From the NCBI GenBank assembly GCA_963713975.1, contig OY970218.1, positions 3,232,001 to 3,296,000 of the forward strand: 64,000 nt of DNA. The letters are read 5' to 3'. The stretch comes from an uncultured Chloroflexia bacterium (GTDB taxonomy: Bacteria; Chloroflexota; Limnocylindria; Limnocylindrales; CSP1-4). This document shows positions 43,968 to 56,199 of this stretch, in pieces. The notes under the pieces are model-generated. The model was given only the letters and a program-made list of their open reading frames with translations, had not been told where the DNA came from and did not search any database. The translations under genes and the position numbers were made by a program. Each line of letters begins with the position of its first letter. Positions within the stretch are counted from its first letter, which is position 1.

Positions 43968-44807
43968 TCAGGGGCGCGGCAGCGACCGCGGGAACGTGGC
44001 GTCGTAGGCGGCGACCAGGGCATCGCCCAGCTCAGGCTCCCCCATCCCACGCCGCTCGGCGACCCAGCGCGCGGTGATGGCGACGAACTCGGGAGCGTTG
44101 CGACCGCGCGGGGCACCCGGTGGCGAGAGGAACGGCGCGTCCGTCTCGACCAGCAGGCGGGCGGCGGGAACCAGGGGCACCACGTCGGCGGATGCCTCCT
44201 CGCCGCGCCGGAAGACGAGGCCGCCGAATGCGATCGCGAGCCCCATCGACAGCATGGTCTCCGCGTAGTCGACGGGTCCCGAGAAGCTGTGGACCACGGC
44301 CGGCGGGCGATCGCCGAACACGTCGCGGGCGGCCACGTCGTCGAACCCCGCCGCCCTGAGCTCCGCGACGAGGGCATCCTGGGCGTCACGCTCGCCGGCT
44401 CGCGAGCGGCAGTGCAGGATGGCCGGCTTCCCGGTCGCGAGCGCCAGGCCCAGGTTGCGGCGCAGGTTGTCCAGCTGTGCCTCCCACGGCGAGAACATCC
44501 GGTCCGAGTCCAGCCCCGTCTCCCCGATCGCGACTACGCGGTCGTCGCGCGCCCAGGCCTCGATCCGTGTCCAGCCGGCCTCGTCCACCTTTGCCGCATC
44601 GTGCGGGTGGATGCCAACCGCCGCGTCGAGCCACGGCCTGTCCGCCACCACCTCCAGCGCCCGCTCCGAGGAACGGACGTTCCAGCCGGGGACGAGGATC
44701 CGCTCGAGACCGGCCGTTCGGGCTGCGCCGAGTACGTCGTCGAGGTCGTCGTCGAAGCGGTCAGCGTTGAGGTGGCCGTGCGAGTCGACGAGTCGCCCGG
44801 GCGTCAT
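43968..44807 (-). CDS. tatD: TatD-family DNase
   Basis: DSHGHL, GIHPH, AIGETGLD, LHCR, HSFSG, ETDAPFL. Confidence 0.93.
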   Translation of the reverse strand: MTPGRLVDSHGHLNADRFDDDLDDVLGAARTAGLERILVPGWNVRSSERALEVVADRPWLDAAVGIHPHDAAKVDEAGWTRIEAWARDDRVVAIGETGLDSDRMFSPWEAQLDNLRRNLGLALATGKPAILHCRSRAGERDAQDALVAELRAAGFDDVAARDVFGDRPPAVVHSFSGPVDYAETMLSMGLAIAFGGLVFRRGEEASADVVPLVPAARLLVETDAPFLSPPGAPRGRNAPEFVAITARWVAERRGMGEPELGDALVAAYDATFPRSLPRP

Positions 44808-44835
44808 CCGCCCGCGTGCCGTGATGGGGCGGACA

Positions 44836-45285
44836 CTATGCCCCCTCGAGGGCACGGCGGATCTGGTCGATGTGGTCCCACCGGTGCGCCGTTCGATCCA
44901 CCCAGTTCGGACCGTCCGCGGCGCGGGCGCAGGCCACCTGCTCGTCCGTGAGGCCGGCGATATGGGTATCGATGGCCGCCGCAGCGCCGAGGCAGAGCGT
45001 CACGGCCGGCACGGGCGGGAGTGCACGCCACGTGGCCTCGAGCGCCTCATTGCTGCGCCCGGTCACCTCGTCCGTAGCCGGCGGCGGGCATACCCGGCCG
45101 TTGGCGGCCGCGTGCCGCCAGCGGGCGAGGTGGAAGCCGTCCCAGTAGGCGAGATGCGCGAGCCCCATGGCCACCGTCCACTCCTCGCCCATGTCGGTCG
45201 CGAGATCTGCGTCCGAGAGGGTCGCGACCAGGTCGGCCAAGGCCGCCGTCGCATCGACGTTGGCGACCTCGAAGTCGCGGTTCAT
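44836..45285 (-). CDS. DinB/MDMPI-N-like protein
   Basis: WTVAMGLAHLAYWD...HRWDHIDQI; start overlaps the metG stop. Confidence 0.75.
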   Translation of the reverse strand: MNRDFEVANVDATAALADLVATLSDADLATDMGEEWTVAMGLAHLAYWDGFHLARWRHAAANGRVCPPPATDEVTGRSNEALEATWRALPPVPAVTLCLGAAAAIDTHIAGLTDEQVACARAADGPNWVDRTAHRWDHIDQIRRALEGA

Positions 45286-46925
45286 GCCCCCGTGTCCCCG
45301 GACGCCTCGACCTCGATCCGAGGGAACAGCGGCGTCGGCGTCCCGATCACGCGACCCGCCTCCGGAGCCGCGCCCCACGCGAGGTGCTCGAGCACGTCGG
45401 GGCCGCCGTTGCCGTCGGGGCCGTAGGCCCAGCCGTAGCCAAGCTGCTCGAGGATTCGAGGGGCCGCGGAGGGCATGAACGGCGCCACCGCGAGACCCAC
45501 CAGCCGGCACGCCTCGACGAGGTCACCCAGGACCGCCCCGAGCCGCTCCGCCGAAGCCTCGTCGCCGGCCTTTGCCTGCTTGTTGAGCGTCCACGGCTGC
45601 TCGGCATCGACGGTCTTGTTGGCACCGCCCACGAACTCCCACAACTCGGCCAGCGCGTCGTGCAACAGGTAGCCGTCGATTCGTTCGCGGAACTGGTGCA
45701 GCGTGTCTGCCCAGCCCTCGGCGAGGGGCGAGTCCCCGGCCGCTCGCGGTGTCGGCCGCTCTCCGCCCAGATACCGGTTCACCATCGACACCGTGCGGTT
45801 GACGAGGTTGCCGAAGTCGTTCGCGAGGTCCGCGTTGTAGCGGCGGACGAACGAATCCCATGAGACGTCGGTGTCCTTGTCGAACGCCACCTCGCGGAGG
45901 GTCACGTAGCGAGCGCCATCGGCGCCGAAGGCGGCCACGACGGCGTGCGGGTCGAGGAAGTTGCCCCGGCTCTTGCTCATCCGTTCGCCCTGGACCAGGA
46001 GCCAGCCATGCACCCAGACGTGATCCGGGGCATCGATGCCCGCCGACCACAGCATCGCGGGCCAGTAGATCGTGTGGAACCGCGCGATGTCCTTGCCGAT
46101 GACGTGGAGGTCTGCCGGCCACCACTTCTGGAACAGCTCCAGGTCGTCCGGGTAGCCGGCGCCCGTGATGTAGTTGATCAACGCGTCGTACCAGACGTAG
46201 ATCGTGCCCGCGCTCGGGTCCCAGGTGCCGTCGGGGAGCTCCGACGAGGTGCCATCGTCGCGGATCGGGAACGGGATGCCCCAGGTCGCGCCCGCACGGC
46301 TGATCGAGAAGTCCTCGAGGCCCTGGCGGATGAAGCCCAGCATCTCGTTGCGCCGGTAGTCCGGCTGGACGAAGTGCGGGTTCGCCTCGTAGTAGTCCAG
46401 CAGTCGCTGCTGGTAGGCCGACAAGCGGAAGAACCAGTTGCGCTCGGACAGCCACTGGAGCGGCACGCCTGGGTGGTTGGGGCACTGCATGCCCGTCGCC
46501 GTCTCGTGCAGGTCCGACGGGGCCTTGAAGCCCTCGGACGGGCAGTACCAGCCGTCGTAGCTGCCGAGGTAGATGTCGCCGTTGTCGTAGGCGCGGCGGA
46601 CCATCTCCTGTGCGGACCGGTAGTGATCCGGGTCCGTGGTCCGGATGAACCGGTCCGGGCTGATCAGCAGCGCGTCCTCGGCCGCCTTGAACAGGCCGAC
46701 CTTCTCGTCCACGAACTCGCGCGGCGTCTGGCCTGCCGCCTCGGCCGACTGCGCGATGTTGACGCTGTGCTCGTCCGTGCCCGTCAGAAACCGGGTGTCG
46801 TCGCCCTGCATCCGGTGCCAGCGCGCGATGACATCGGCGCCGATGACCTCGTACACGGTGTGCAGGCCGGGCGCGTTGTTCGCATAGGCGATGGCGGTGG
46901 TCAGGTAGAAACGGCGGTCGGACAT
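45282..46925 (-). CDS. metG: Methionyl-tRNA synthetase
   Basis: [38 protein letters not shown]. Confidence 0.96.
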   Translation of the reverse strand: MSDRRFYLTTAIAYANNAPGLHTVYEVIGADVIARWHRMQGDDTRFLTGTDEHSVNIAQSAEAAGQTPREFVDEKVGLFKAAEDALLISPDRFIRTTDPDHYRSAQEMVRRAYDNGDIYLGSYDGWYCPSEGFKAPSDLHETATGMQCPNHPGVPLQWLSERNWFFRLSAYQQRLLDYYEANPHFVQPDYRRNEMLGFIRQGLEDFSISRAGATWGIPFPIRDDGTSSELPDGTWDPSAGTIYVWYDALINYITGAGYPDDLELFQKWWPADLHVIGKDIARFHTIYWPAMLWSAGIDAPDHVWVHGWLLVQGERMSKSRGNFLDPHAVVAAFGADGARYVTLREVAFDKDTDVSWDSFVRRYNADLANDFGNLVNRTVSMVNRYLGGERPTPRAAGDSPLAEGWADTLHQFRERIDGYLLHDALAELWEFVGGANKTVDAEQPWTLNKQAKAGDEASAERLGAVLGDLVEACRLVGLAVAPFMPSAAPRILEQLGYGWAYGPDGNGGPDVLEHLAWGAAPEAGRVIGTPTPLFPRIEVEASGDTGA

Positions 46926-46981
46926 GGCCGCTCGATGGTAGCAGCGCGTCGGCCCACGACGGCGGGGTGTTGGGCCCGCGC

Positions 46982-49225
46982 TCAGTGCCGGAAGTGGCGG
47001 GTCCCGGTCACCACCATCGCGGCCCCGGCGTCCTCGACCAGGGCCAGCACCTCGGCATCACGCATCGAGCCGCCGGGCTGGATGATGGCGGTCACGCCGG
47101 CATCGAGCAGGACCTTCGGCCCGTCGGCGAACGGGAAGAAGGCGTCCGATGCGGCGACGGCACCGCTCGCTCCAGACTCGCCCTGAAACTGGCGCGCCTT
47201 CTCCACCGCGCCGCGGCAAGCATCCACGCGGCTGACCTGGCCGGAGCCGAGACCCACCAGCATCCCATCACGCACGAGCAGGATCGCGTTCGAGACGACG
47301 CCCCGGCACAGGCGCCAGGCGAGGTCCATGTCGCGCCGCTCGGCCTCGGTGGGCTGGCGGGTCGTCGTGCAGGACCATCCGGCCGTGTCGTCGGGGAGGG
47401 TGTCCGGAGCCGTGACCAGCACGCCACCACCCGCGGTCCGGAACGAACCGAGCGGATCGGCGGTCGCGAGGTGCGCACCGGACCCCAGCGACGTATCGAC
47501 GACGAGGCGCAGGTTCGGCTTGGTCGCGAGCACCTCGCGGGCACCCTCGTCGAACCCGGGCGCGACAATGACCTCGAGGAAGATCGAGACGAGGCGCTCG
47601 GCCAGGGCCCGGTCCACGGTCCCGGTGATCGCCACGACGCCGCCAAAGGCCGACACGGGATCGCCGGCCAGCGCCGCCTCCCAGGCCCCGAGCAGGGTTG
47701 ATCGTTCTGCGGCGCCGCACGGGTTGGTGTGCTTCATGACCACGACCGCCGGGCCGCGCATGAGGCGGGCGAGGGCCGCCGCGGCGGAGGCGTCCAGCAC
47801 GTTGTTGTACGAGAGGGCCTTGCCCTGCAGCGCGGGGCCTCCACCGGCGAACGGACCCTCGGCGGGGCGAGGCTCTCGGTCCGTCCGACGATAGCGGGCG
47901 GCGGGCTGGTGGGGGTTCTCGCCGTAGCGGAGGGTGTCCACCTTCTCCATCGAGATGGTGAGCACAGGCGGGTACGGATCCTCCGCGCCGGGCAGGCCGG
48001 GCTCGGGCGGCAGCGCCACCCCGGCGTCGGCCATCCGGCCCGGCAGCTCGGCCGCGATCCGCGCGTCGTAGGCCGCCGTGTGCCGGAACGCCTCCACCGC
48101 GAGGGCGGACCGGAGGCCCAGCGGCAGCTCACCATGCTCTTCGAGCGCCGCCAGGACGGCGTCGTACCGCGCGGGCGAGGTGACGATGGCGACGCTGGCG
48201 TGGTTCTTGGCCGCGGCGCGCACCATCGACGGCCCGCCGATGTCGATCTCCTCGACCAGGTCGTCGAACGAGAGCCCGGGCCGCCGGGCCGCCTCCGCGA
48301 ACGGGTAGAGGTTGACGACGACGAGGTCGAACGGGGCGATGCCGGCGGCGAGGAGCGCCTCGCGGTGATCCGCGCGTCGGCGGTCCGCCAGGAGGCCGCC
48401 GTGGACCCGCGGGTGGAGCGTCTTGATCCGGCCGTCGAGCATCTCGGGGAAGCCAGTCACCGCGGCCACGTCCGTGACCGGGAGGCCCACCTCGCGCAGC
48501 GCCATGGCCGTGCCGCCGGTGGACACCAGCTCCCAGCCACGCGCCACCAGCCCGCGCCCGAGGTCCGCCAGCCCGGACTTGTCGCTCACCGAGAGCAGGG
48601 CACGACGTGGGACCGGCATCCGAGCGTCCGCGACGGCCGTGTCAAAGGTCGCGCGGCGCGCGCCATCGGCAACGATGAGCGACCCGGACAGCAACTCCGC
48701 GACAGCCGCCGGCAGCAGGCGGTGCTCCACCGGGTGGATCCTCGCGAGAAGCGACTCCTCGGTGTCGCCGGGGAGGACGGGCACGGCCTCCTGGGCCACG
48801 ATCGGCCCACCATCGAGCGTCGCGTCCACGATGTGCACGGTGACGCCCGTGACGGCCACCCCGGCCGCGAGCGCGTCGCGCGCTCCGTGCAGTCCCGGGA
48901 ACGACGGCAGCAGCGACGGGTGCACGTTGAGGATCCGCCCGGCGAACGATGCGAGCACCGCGGGACCGACGAGCCGCAAATACCCCGCGAGCACGACGAC
49001 GTCGAGCGCCTCCGCGACCAGGGTCTCCGCCAGGACCGCGTCGTCACCACCGGGAACCAGGACCGTGTCGATCCCCTGCTCCGCCGCCCAGTCCATGCCG
49101 GGGCACGCGCGGTCCGCGAACACGAGGACGACCTCGCCGCCCAGCACGCCACGCCCGGCCGCGGCGACGAGCGCCCGCAGGTTGGACCCGCTGCCCGAGA
49201 CTCCGACCGCGGTCCGTCCGCTCAC
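46982..49225 (-). CDS. purH: Fused PurN (GAR transformylase) - PurH (IMP cyclohydrolase/AICAR transformylase)
   Basis: One 747-aa ORF: [20 protein letters not shown] (PurN), then [34 protein letters not shown] (PurH). Confidence 0.93.
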   Translation of the reverse strand: MSGRTAVGVSGSGSNLRALVAAAGRGVLGGEVVLVFADRACPGMDWAAEQGIDTVLVPGGDDAVLAETLVAEALDVVVLAGYLRLVGPAVLASFAGRILNVHPSLLPSFPGLHGARDALAAGVAVTGVTVHIVDATLDGGPIVAQEAVPVLPGDTEESLLARIHPVEHRLLPAAVAELLSGSLIVADGARRATFDTAVADARMPVPRRALLSVSDKSGLADLGRGLVARGWELVSTGGTAMALREVGLPVTDVAAVTGFPEMLDGRIKTLHPRVHGGLLADRRRADHREALLAAGIAPFDLVVVNLYPFAEAARRPGLSFDDLVEEIDIGGPSMVRAAAKNHASVAIVTSPARYDAVLAALEEHGELPLGLRSALAVEAFRHTAAYDARIAAELPGRMADAGVALPPEPGLPGAEDPYPPVLTISMEKVDTLRYGENPHQPAARYRRTDREPRPAEGPFAGGGPALQGKALSYNNVLDASAAAALARLMRGPAVVVMKHTNPCGAAERSTLLGAWEAALAGDPVSAFGGVVAITGTVDRALAERLVSIFLEVIVAPGFDEGAREVLATKPNLRLVVDTSLGSGAHLATADPLGSFRTAGGGVLVTAPDTLPDDTAGWSCTTTRQPTEAERRDMDLAWRLCRGVVSNAILLVRDGMLVGLGSGQVSRVDACRGAVEKARQFQGESGASGAVAASDAFFPFADGPKVLLDAGVTAIIQPGGSMRDAEVLALVEDAGAAMVVTGTRHFRH

Positions 49226-50346
49226 GCTGATGCCTCCCTGTACCGGCCGCCGTTCGAGGCCGCGTCGACCACCTCACCCACGATCCAGGCCGGGACCCCT
49301 CGGCCGCGCGCCAGCTCCACGGCGAGCGTCGCAGCCTCCGTCGGCACCACGACCACCATGCCCAGGCCGCCGTTGAACGTCGCCCGCAGCTCGGCGTCCG
49401 CGATTCGGCCCAGGGCACCAAGCGTTCGCAAGATCGACGGCATCGGCCAGGTCGAGGGATCCACACGCGCGCCAAGGTGCCCGGGGAGCGCCCGGGGCAC
49501 GTTGCCCGGCAGCCCGCCGCCGGTGATGTGGGCCATGCCCCGGACCTCGTGTCCGGCGGCGTCGAGGCCGGCACGGATCGCGAGCATGTCCCGGGCATAG
49601 ATCCGGGTGGGCGTCAGCAGCACCTCGCCGAGGGTCAGGGAGACGAGCTCGTGGCCGACGAGGGCCCGGGCTGCGGCCTCGGTGCAATCGAACGCTCCGG
49701 CGACGGCGGCCACGTACCCGATCTCGAGGGGCAACCCGTGCTCCGCGAGCAGCGTCCGGACCAGCGAGTACCCGTTGGCATGGAGCCCGGAGGACGCGAG
49801 CCCGACGATCGCATCGCCGGCGCGCGCCGCTGTCCCGTCGAGGAGGCGCGACCGCTCCCCCACCCCGATGCAGAACCCCGCGAGGTCGAACTCATCTGGC
49901 TCCATCAGGCCTGGATGCTCAGCCGTCTCGCCGCCGGTCAGCGCGGCACCCGCCTGCCGGCAGCCGTCCGCGACGCCCGAGACCAGCTCGGCCACACGGT
50001 CCGGGTCCAGCTTCCCGATCGCGATGTAGTCCAGGAACGCCAGCGGCTCCGCCCCGGAGCACACGACATCGTCGGCGCACATGGCGACGAGGTCGATGCC
50101 GATCGTGTCCAGCCTGCCCATCGCCGCCGCGATCGCCGTCTTGGTGCCCACGCCGTCGGTCGACGAGACGATCACGGGCTCGAGGTAGCCCGCCGGGATG
50201 GCCACCGCGGACCCGAACCCCCCGAGGCCGCCGAGGACCTCGGGCCGGCGGGTCGATGCGACCGACGCGCGCATCAGCTCGACCGCGCGCTCGCCCGCTG
50301 CGACGTCCACGCCGGCGCGCGCATAGGCCGCCCGGGCGTCGCTCAT
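49222..50346 (-). CDS. purM: AIR synthetase
   Basis: STDGVGTK, GGETAEHP, SSGLHANGYS, AHITGGG. Confidence 0.96.
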   Translation of the reverse strand: MSDARAAYARAGVDVAAGERAVELMRASVASTRRPEVLGGLGGFGSAVAIPAGYLEPVIVSSTDGVGTKTAIAAAMGRLDTIGIDLVAMCADDVVCSGAEPLAFLDYIAIGKLDPDRVAELVSGVADGCRQAGAALTGGETAEHPGLMEPDEFDLAGFCIGVGERSRLLDGTAARAGDAIVGLASSGLHANGYSLVRTLLAEHGLPLEIGYVAAVAGAFDCTEAAARALVGHELVSLTLGEVLLTPTRIYARDMLAIRAGLDAAGHEVRGMAHITGGGLPGNVPRALPGHLGARVDPSTWPMPSILRTLGALGRIADAELRATFNGGLGMVVVVPTEAATLAVELARGRGVPAWIVGEVVDAASNGGRYREASA

Positions 50347-50356
50347 CGGGATCGTC

Positions 50357-51805
50357 TCACGCGATCACCCCGGCGGGCGTCTCGAGCATGAACTTGCGCG
50401 AGGCCGCGTCATAGGGAACGGGCACCGGGTAGTTGCCATCGAAGCAGGCGAAGCAGAACCGGTCGTAGGGCAGGTCGAGCGCCGCGAGCACGCCGCGGAT
50501 CGAGAGGTATCCGAGCGAGTCCGCGCCGACGAACTCGCGGATCTCGTCCACCGTGTGACTGCCGGCGATCAGCTCGGTCTCGATCGACGTGTCGATGCCG
50601 TAGAAGCAGGGGTGGTAGATGGGCGGCGCGCTGATCCGGAGGTGGATCTCCTTCGCACCGTGCTTCCGGAGGAGTCCGACGATCCCCTTGGTGGTGGTCC
50701 CTCGGACGATCGAGTCGTCGACCACGATCAGACGCTTGTCGCGGATGATCTCGCGCAGGGGGCTCAGCTTGACGTTGACGCCGCGCTGGCGCATGGCCTG
50801 CGACGGCTGGATGAAGGTGCGGCCGCTGTAGCGGTTGCGGACCATCCCCTCGCGGTAGGGCAGGCCGGACGCCTCCGCGTAGCCGACAGCCGCCGGCGCA
50901 CCGGTGTCGGGCACCGGCATCACGAAGTCCGCGTCGGCCGGGTGCTCGCCGGCGAGCTGCATGCCCATCCGGCGCCGCGCGTCGTAGAGGTTGCGGCCCT
51001 CAAGATACGAGTCCGGCCGGGCGAAGTAGATGAGCTCGAAGACGCACAGGGACGGCGTGGCGGCCGCGTAACGGACGGAGACCGGGTCCCGGCCCGGCTC
51101 GAGGACCACGATCTCGCCAGGATCCACGTCGCGCACGACCTCCGCACCCACGATGTCGAGCGCCGCCGTCTCCGAGGCAAGGATCCAGCCGCCGGCGTCG
51201 TCCGCCCAGAGGCCCGGGGCGTCATCGCCACCAGGCCGTGCCAGCCGGCCAAGGACGAGCGGGCGGAACCCATGCGGGTCGCGGACCCCGATCACCCGGT
51301 GCTCGTCGAGGATCACCAACGAGAAGGCGCCGCGGACCCGAGGCAGGACACGCACGAGCGCGTCGACCGTGTCCGTGGCGGGCTCGTCCGCGAGCAGCGC
51401 GGTCAGCAGCTCCGTGTCGGTGCTGGCGGGGAGGCGGCCGCGCCCACCCTGGAGCTGCTCGAGCAGCTCGCGGGTGTTGACGAGGTTGCCGTTGTGACCG
51501 ACGGCAAGCGCACGCCTCGGTCCCAGGCGAAGGGTCGGCTGGGCATTCTCCCAGACCGTGGATCCCGTGGTGGAGTAGCGGCAGTGCGCGACGGCCAGGT
51601 CGCCCGCGAGCGATGGGATCCGCCGTTCGTCGAGGACCTGGCCCACCATGCCCAGGTCCTTGTAGATCATCAGGTGGCTGCCGTCAGATACCCCGACACC
51701 CGCGGACTCCTGGCCGCGGTGCTGGAGCGCGAACAGCGCGGTCGCCGCCACGGCGGCCGCCTCGTGGCCGCGGTTGGGCAGGACGACCCCGACCACGCCG
51801 CACAT
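50357..51805 (-). CDS. purF: Amidophosphoribosyltransferase
   Basis: MCGVVG, LQHRGQE, HNGN, VDDSIVRGTT. Confidence 0.97.
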   Translation of the reverse strand: MCGVVGVVLPNRGHEAAAVAATALFALQHRGQESAGVGVSDGSHLMIYKDLGMVGQVLDERRIPSLAGDLAVAHCRYSTTGSTVWENAQPTLRLGPRRALAVGHNGNLVNTRELLEQLQGGRGRLPASTDTELLTALLADEPATDTVDALVRVLPRVRGAFSLVILDEHRVIGVRDPHGFRPLVLGRLARPGGDDAPGLWADDAGGWILASETAALDIVGAEVVRDVDPGEIVVLEPGRDPVSVRYAAATPSLCVFELIYFARPDSYLEGRNLYDARRRMGMQLAGEHPADADFVMPVPDTGAPAAVGYAEASGLPYREGMVRNRYSGRTFIQPSQAMRQRGVNVKLSPLREIIRDKRLIVVDDSIVRGTTTKGIVGLLRKHGAKEIHLRISAPPIYHPCFYGIDTSIETELIAGSHTVDEIREFVGADSLGYLSIRGVLAALDLPYDRFCFACFDGNYPVPVPYDAASRKFMLETPAGVIA

Positions 51806-54210
51806 CAGACCGTGGCCTCGGCGCCGGGCGCGGTCGCCTCGACACCCGGGAGCGCGGCCTCGGCGTCATGGCCGGCGGCTCCCTCGCCCTCCCAGCCCAG
51901 CGCGCGCGGGAGGCCGTGCTCCCAGGCGTGGCGCAGGTCCGCCACGGGCACGTCGAGCGCGTCGGCGATCCGGCTGCCCCGCTCCTCCGCCGCGCCGGTC
52001 GCACCCTCGCCGGCAAGCTCCACGACCAGGCGTGCACCCCCGGTCGTGCCCATGGCCTCCGCCGGAAGCCCGTGCGCACGTGCCAGCAGCTCGAACGCAG
52101 GGACATGACGCGGCGCCACCTCCACGATCAGGCGCGTCGGGCCCTCGCCGAACAGCGCGACGGCCGGCGAGTCGCCGACCGGCAGGCGGAGCGTCGCCCC
52201 GCGCTCGCCCCAGACGCACATCTCCGCCGCCGCCACGGCAAAGCCGCCCGCCGACACGTCCTGGCAGCTCTCGACGAGCCCGCGGGCGATGGCCTCGCGG
52301 ATGAGCGCCTGGACGCGCCGCTCGCGCTCCAGGTCCAGCGGCGGCGGGCCGTCCTCCTCCGCCGTCCCGGCGAGGCGGGCGTACTCGGAGCCGGCCAGCC
52401 CGGGCCCGGCCTCACCGACGAGGACCACGGTACTGCCGTCGGCACGGAATGCCGGGCCCACCCGGAGCGCGACGTCGTCCAGCAGACCCACGATCCCGAT
52501 CTCGGGGGTCGGGGCGATGGCCGATCCGTGCGCCTCGTTGTACAGGGACACGTTGCCGCCGGTGACCGGGAGGCCCAGGGCGACGCAGGCATCGGCGAGG
52601 CCCCGGACGCCCTCGGCCAGCTGCCAGAACGCCTCGGGCCGGGTCGGGTCGCCGTAGTTGAGGCAGTTCGTGACGCCCAGCGGTCGGGCCCCCGTGATCG
52701 ACACGTTGCGCGTCGCCTCGGCGACCGAGAGCGCGGCACCCAGCCATGGGTCAAGCGCGCTCACGGGCGCGTTGCCATCCGTCGTGGCGACCAGCGCCTT
52801 GGTGGTCCCCTTGATCCGCAGCACGGCGGCCCCGCGGCCCGGCCCGGCGACGGTGTTGGACTGGACGTTCGAGTCGTACTGCTCGAAGACCGGGTGGCGG
52901 GAGGAGAGGTTCGGTGAGCCGAGCAGGGCAAGGAGCACGGCGCCGGGGTCCTGGCCGCGCAGCGGGAGGGCATCGACCGGCTCCGCGGGGGCACCGGGGG
53001 CGGGGGCCGCGCGCCGCCGCGTCGGAGCCCGGGACTCGCGATCGAAGATGATCGCCTCCGACGCCAGGGCGCGGGCCGGCATGCGTCCCAGCTCCACGGC
53101 ACCGGCGACGGGCCGGCCATCCGCGGCGAGCGCGCCGTGACCGTCCGGCCCGGTGAGCACGACGATGTCGGGCTCTTCCGTCACCCGGCCGATGATCGCG
53201 ACCGGCAGGTCCCAGCGCTCGCAGACGGCCCGGACCGCGTCCCAGCGGTGCGGCTCGACGATCGCCACCATCCGCTCCTGAGACTCGGAGATCATGACCT
53301 CGAACGGCTCCATGCCGGGCTCCCGGCGCGGGATCGCGTCGAGGTCGACGAGGATCCCGGTGCCGCCGCGATCGGCCGTCTCGCAGGTCGCGCACGTGAT
53401 GCCCGCGGCGCCCAGGTCCTGGATGCTGACGACGAGCCCCTTGGCGATCAGCTCCAGCGTGGCCTCGATCAGCAGCTTCTCCGCGAACGGGTCGCCAACC
53501 TGCACCGAAGGGCGCTTGGACGGGTCCTGCTCGCCGAAGGTGGCCGAGGCGAGCACCGAGGCACCGCCGATGCCGTCACGACCGGTCGCCGAGCCGTAGA
53601 GGACCACGAGGTTGCCAGGGCCGTCCGCGGACGCGTGGGTCAGCATCCCGTCCTCGAGCAGGCCGATGGCCATCACGTTGACCAGCGGGTTGCCCTGGTA
53701 GGAGGGGTCGAACACCAGCTCCCCGCCCACGGTGGGCACGCCGACGCAGTTGCCGTAGCCTCCGACGCCACGAACGACGCCGTCCACCAGGTGCCGCGTC
53801 CGGGCGTCGGACGGGTCCCCGAAGCGGAGCGCGTCGAGGACGGCGATCGGCCGGGCGCCCATCGCGAAGATGTCGCGCAGGATCCCGCCGACGCCGGTCG
53901 CGGCCCCCTGGTACGGCTCCACGGCGGACGGGTGGTTATGGCTCTCGATCTTGAACGCGACCGCCAGGCCGTCGCCGATCGCGATGACCCCGGCCTGCTC
54001 GCCCACCCCCGCAACGACATCCTCGCCCTTCGTCGGGAGCGTCTTGAGCAGCGGCCGACTGCTCTTGTAGGAGCAGTGCTCGCTCCACATGACGCTGAAC
54101 ATGGCCAGCTCGAGGTCGTTGGGGTCGCGGTCCAGCTTGTCCCGCACGGCGTCGAGCTCGCCATCGGTGAGGCCCAGGGCTCGGTGCAGGGGGATCGCTT
54201 CGCCGCTCAT
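51805..54210 (-). CDS. purL: FGAM synthase subunit PurL
   Basis: [35 protein letters not shown]. Confidence 0.96.
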   Translation of the reverse strand: MSGEAIPLHRALGLTDGELDAVRDKLDRDPNDLELAMFSVMWSEHCSYKSSRPLLKTLPTKGEDVVAGVGEQAGVIAIGDGLAVAFKIESHNHPSAVEPYQGAATGVGGILRDIFAMGARPIAVLDALRFGDPSDARTRHLVDGVVRGVGGYGNCVGVPTVGGELVFDPSYQGNPLVNVMAIGLLEDGMLTHASADGPGNLVVLYGSATGRDGIGGASVLASATFGEQDPSKRPSVQVGDPFAEKLLIEATLELIAKGLVVSIQDLGAAGITCATCETADRGGTGILVDLDAIPRREPGMEPFEVMISESQERMVAIVEPHRWDAVRAVCERWDLPVAIIGRVTEEPDIVVLTGPDGHGALAADGRPVAGAVELGRMPARALASEAIIFDRESRAPTRRRAAPAPGAPAEPVDALPLRGQDPGAVLLALLGSPNLSSRHPVFEQYDSNVQSNTVAGPGRGAAVLRIKGTTKALVATTDGNAPVSALDPWLGAALSVAEATRNVSITGARPLGVTNCLNYGDPTRPEAFWQLAEGVRGLADACVALGLPVTGGNVSLYNEAHGSAIAPTPEIGIVGLLDDVALRVGPAFRADGSTVVLVGEAGPGLAGSEYARLAGTAEEDGPPPLDLERERRVQALIREAIARGLVESCQDVSAGGFAVAAAEMCVWGERGATLRLPVGDSPAVALFGEGPTRLIVEVAPRHVPAFELLARAHGLPAEAMGTTGGARLVVELAGEGATGAAEERGSRIADALDVPVADLRHAWEHGLPRALGWEGEGAAGHDAEAALPGVEATAPGAEATV

Positions 54211-54989
54211 GCCGCACCGCCCGGGATCGAACCCGCCGGCACCGGAGGCGTTACCCGGGTCCCGGTGATCCGGCCCGTGGCGGACCACTCCGCGGCACTG
54301 ACCACGAGCGAGCGGATGATCCCCAGGCCGTCGTCGGAGCCCAGGATCGCCTCGACGGCCGTCTCCGGGTGGGGCATCAGCCCGGCGACGTTGCCGGCCG
54401 CGTTGCGCACGCCGGCGATCCCGCGCAGTGACCCGTTGGGGTTGCCGGGATCGTCCGGTCCAGCCACGCTCCCGTCCGGGTTGGCGTAGCGCCACAGGAC
54501 GCCGCCGTCACGCTCCAACTCGTCGAGGGTCGCCTCGTCGGCGTAGTAGCAGCCCTCCCCGTGCGCGACGGGCATCCGCAGCGGGCGCCGGTCACCGAGC
54601 TCGCGCGTGAACGGGGAATTGAGGTGCTCGGGCAGCAGCGTGACCTGGCGGCACACGAACCGCAGGCCGCGGTTGCGGAGCAGGGCTCCGGGCACCAGGC
54701 CGGCCTCGGCGAGGACCTGGAAGCCGTTGCAGATCCCGAGGACGGGCCCACCGCGCCCCGCGAAGTCCGCGACGGCCCGCATCACGGGGCTGAACCGGGC
54801 GATGACCCCCGCCCTCAGGTAGTCGCCGTACGCGAAGCCGCCCGGCAGCAGCACGCCGGCCACGCCCGCAAGGTCCGCGGACTCGTGCCACAGGATCTCC
54901 GGGTCCGCGCCGGCCACCCGCAGGGCGTTGACCGCGTCGATGTCGCGGTTGGAGCCCGGGAACAGGACGATGCCGACCCGCACCGTCAT
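54207..54989 (-). CDS. purQ: FGAM synthase glutaminase PurQ
   Basis: [26 protein letters not shown]. Confidence 0.97.
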   Translation of the reverse strand: MTVRVGIVLFPGSNRDIDAVNALRVAGADPEILWHESADLAGVAGVLLPGGFAYGDYLRAGVIARFSPVMRAVADFAGRGGPVLGICNGFQVLAEAGLVPGALLRNRGLRFVCRQVTLLPEHLNSPFTRELGDRRPLRMPVAHGEGCYYADEATLDELERDGGVLWRYANPDGSVAGPDDPGNPNGSLRGIAGVRNAAGNVAGLMPHPETAVEAILGSDDGLGIIRSLVVSAAEWSATGRITGTRVTPPVPAGSIPGGAA

Positions 54990-55285
54990 CCGCCGAGACC
55001 CGCCATGGCCGGCGCCGGTGCCTCGCCCAGCGCCTCGACCTCGTAGCGCTCCATCAGCGGGTTGGACAGCAGGTCCGACGCCAGCCGGTCCACGACCGCG
55101 CGGGCGGCGGCCTCATCGGCTGCGCTGACGCTCATCTCCACCCGGCGGCCCACGCGGACGCCGCTGACGCCGGCGATGCCAAGATGGGGGAGGCTGCGCT
55201 CGACGGCCTTGCCCTGCGGATCCAGGATGCCGGTCTTGGGGGTGACGTTGACGGCGTAGCGGTAGGTGCGGCTCAGCTCGCTCAT
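54986..55285 (-). CDS. purS: FGAM synthase subunit PurS
   Basis: ILDPQG, VRVGR, LLSNP. Confidence 0.95.
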   Translation of the reverse strand: MSELSRTYRYAVNVTPKTGILDPQGKAVERSLPHLGIAGVSGVRVGRRVEMSVSAADEAAARAVVDRLASDLLSNPLMERYEVEALGEAPAPAMAGLGG

Positions 55286-56199
55286 CGGGCGATGACGTCC
55301 TCCGACAGGTAGCGGGCGAAGGTCGCCCCGGTGATGCGTTCAAATGCCTCCACGTAGCGCGAGCGGGTGCCCGCCACCACGTCGTCCGGGAGCTCCGGCC
55401 CCGGCGCCGTCTTGTCCCACGGCTGCTGCTCCAGCCAGTCGCGGACGTACTGCTTGTCGTAGCTGGCCTGGGCCCGGCCCGGCTCGTAGGTCTCGGCGTC
55501 CCAGAAGCGCGAGGAGTCCGGCGTCATCACCTCGTCGATCAGGAGCAGCTCCCCACTCGGCAGCAATCCGAACTCGAACTTGGTGTCCGCCAGGATGATC
55601 CCGACCCGTTCGCACAGCGCAGACCCGCGTGCGTAGAGGTCGAGCGAGATCGACCGGAGCCGGTGCGCGAGCTCCTCGCCGATGAGCTCGGTCACGTGTT
55701 GGATCGTCACGTTCTCGTCGTGCTGCCCTTCGGGCGCCTTCCAGGCCGGCGTGAAGACCGGCGCCGGGAGACGCTGGCTCTCGATCAGACCCTCGGGGAA
55801 CCCGATCCCGCACACGGCCCCGGTTGCCTGGTACTCCTTCCACCCGGAGCCCGACAGGTAGCCACGCACGACGCACTCCACCGGGAGGACGTCGGTCCGC
55901 CGGCCCAGCATGATCCGGCCGCGCAGGCCGGCGAGCAGGCCCGCATCGCCCCGGGTCAGCTCCTCGGGCAGCGCCGCGGGATCCGTCGAGAGCAGGTGGT
56001 TCGCGACGATGTCGCCCGTGTGCGAGAACCAGAAGCGCGACAGCCCCGTCAGGATCCTCCCCTTGTCCGGGATGGGCGTCGGCAGGACGACGTCGAAGGC
56101 GGACAGGCGGTCGCTGGCCACGAGGAGGAGGCGCCCCTCATCAATGGCATACAGGTCGCGAACCTTGCCGGACCGGACAAATGCCTCATCCAGCGGCAT
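55282..56199 (-). CDS. purC: SAICAR synthetase
   Basis: SGKVRDLY, SDRLSAFD, ADTKFEFG, DEVMTPDSSRFW. Confidence 0.97.
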   Translation of the reverse strand: MPLDEAFVRSGKVRDLYAIDEGRLLLVASDRLSAFDVVLPTPIPDKGRILTGLSRFWFSHTGDIVANHLLSTDPAALPEELTRGDAGLLAGLRGRIMLGRRTDVLPVECVVRGYLSGSGWKEYQATGAVCGIGFPEGLIESQRLPAPVFTPAWKAPEGQHDENVTIQHVTELIGEELAHRLRSISLDLYARGSALCERVGIILADTKFEFGLLPSGELLLIDEVMTPDSSRFWDAETYEPGRAQASYDKQYVRDWLEQQPWDKTAPGPELPDDVVAGTRSRYVEAFERITGATFARYLSEDVIAR

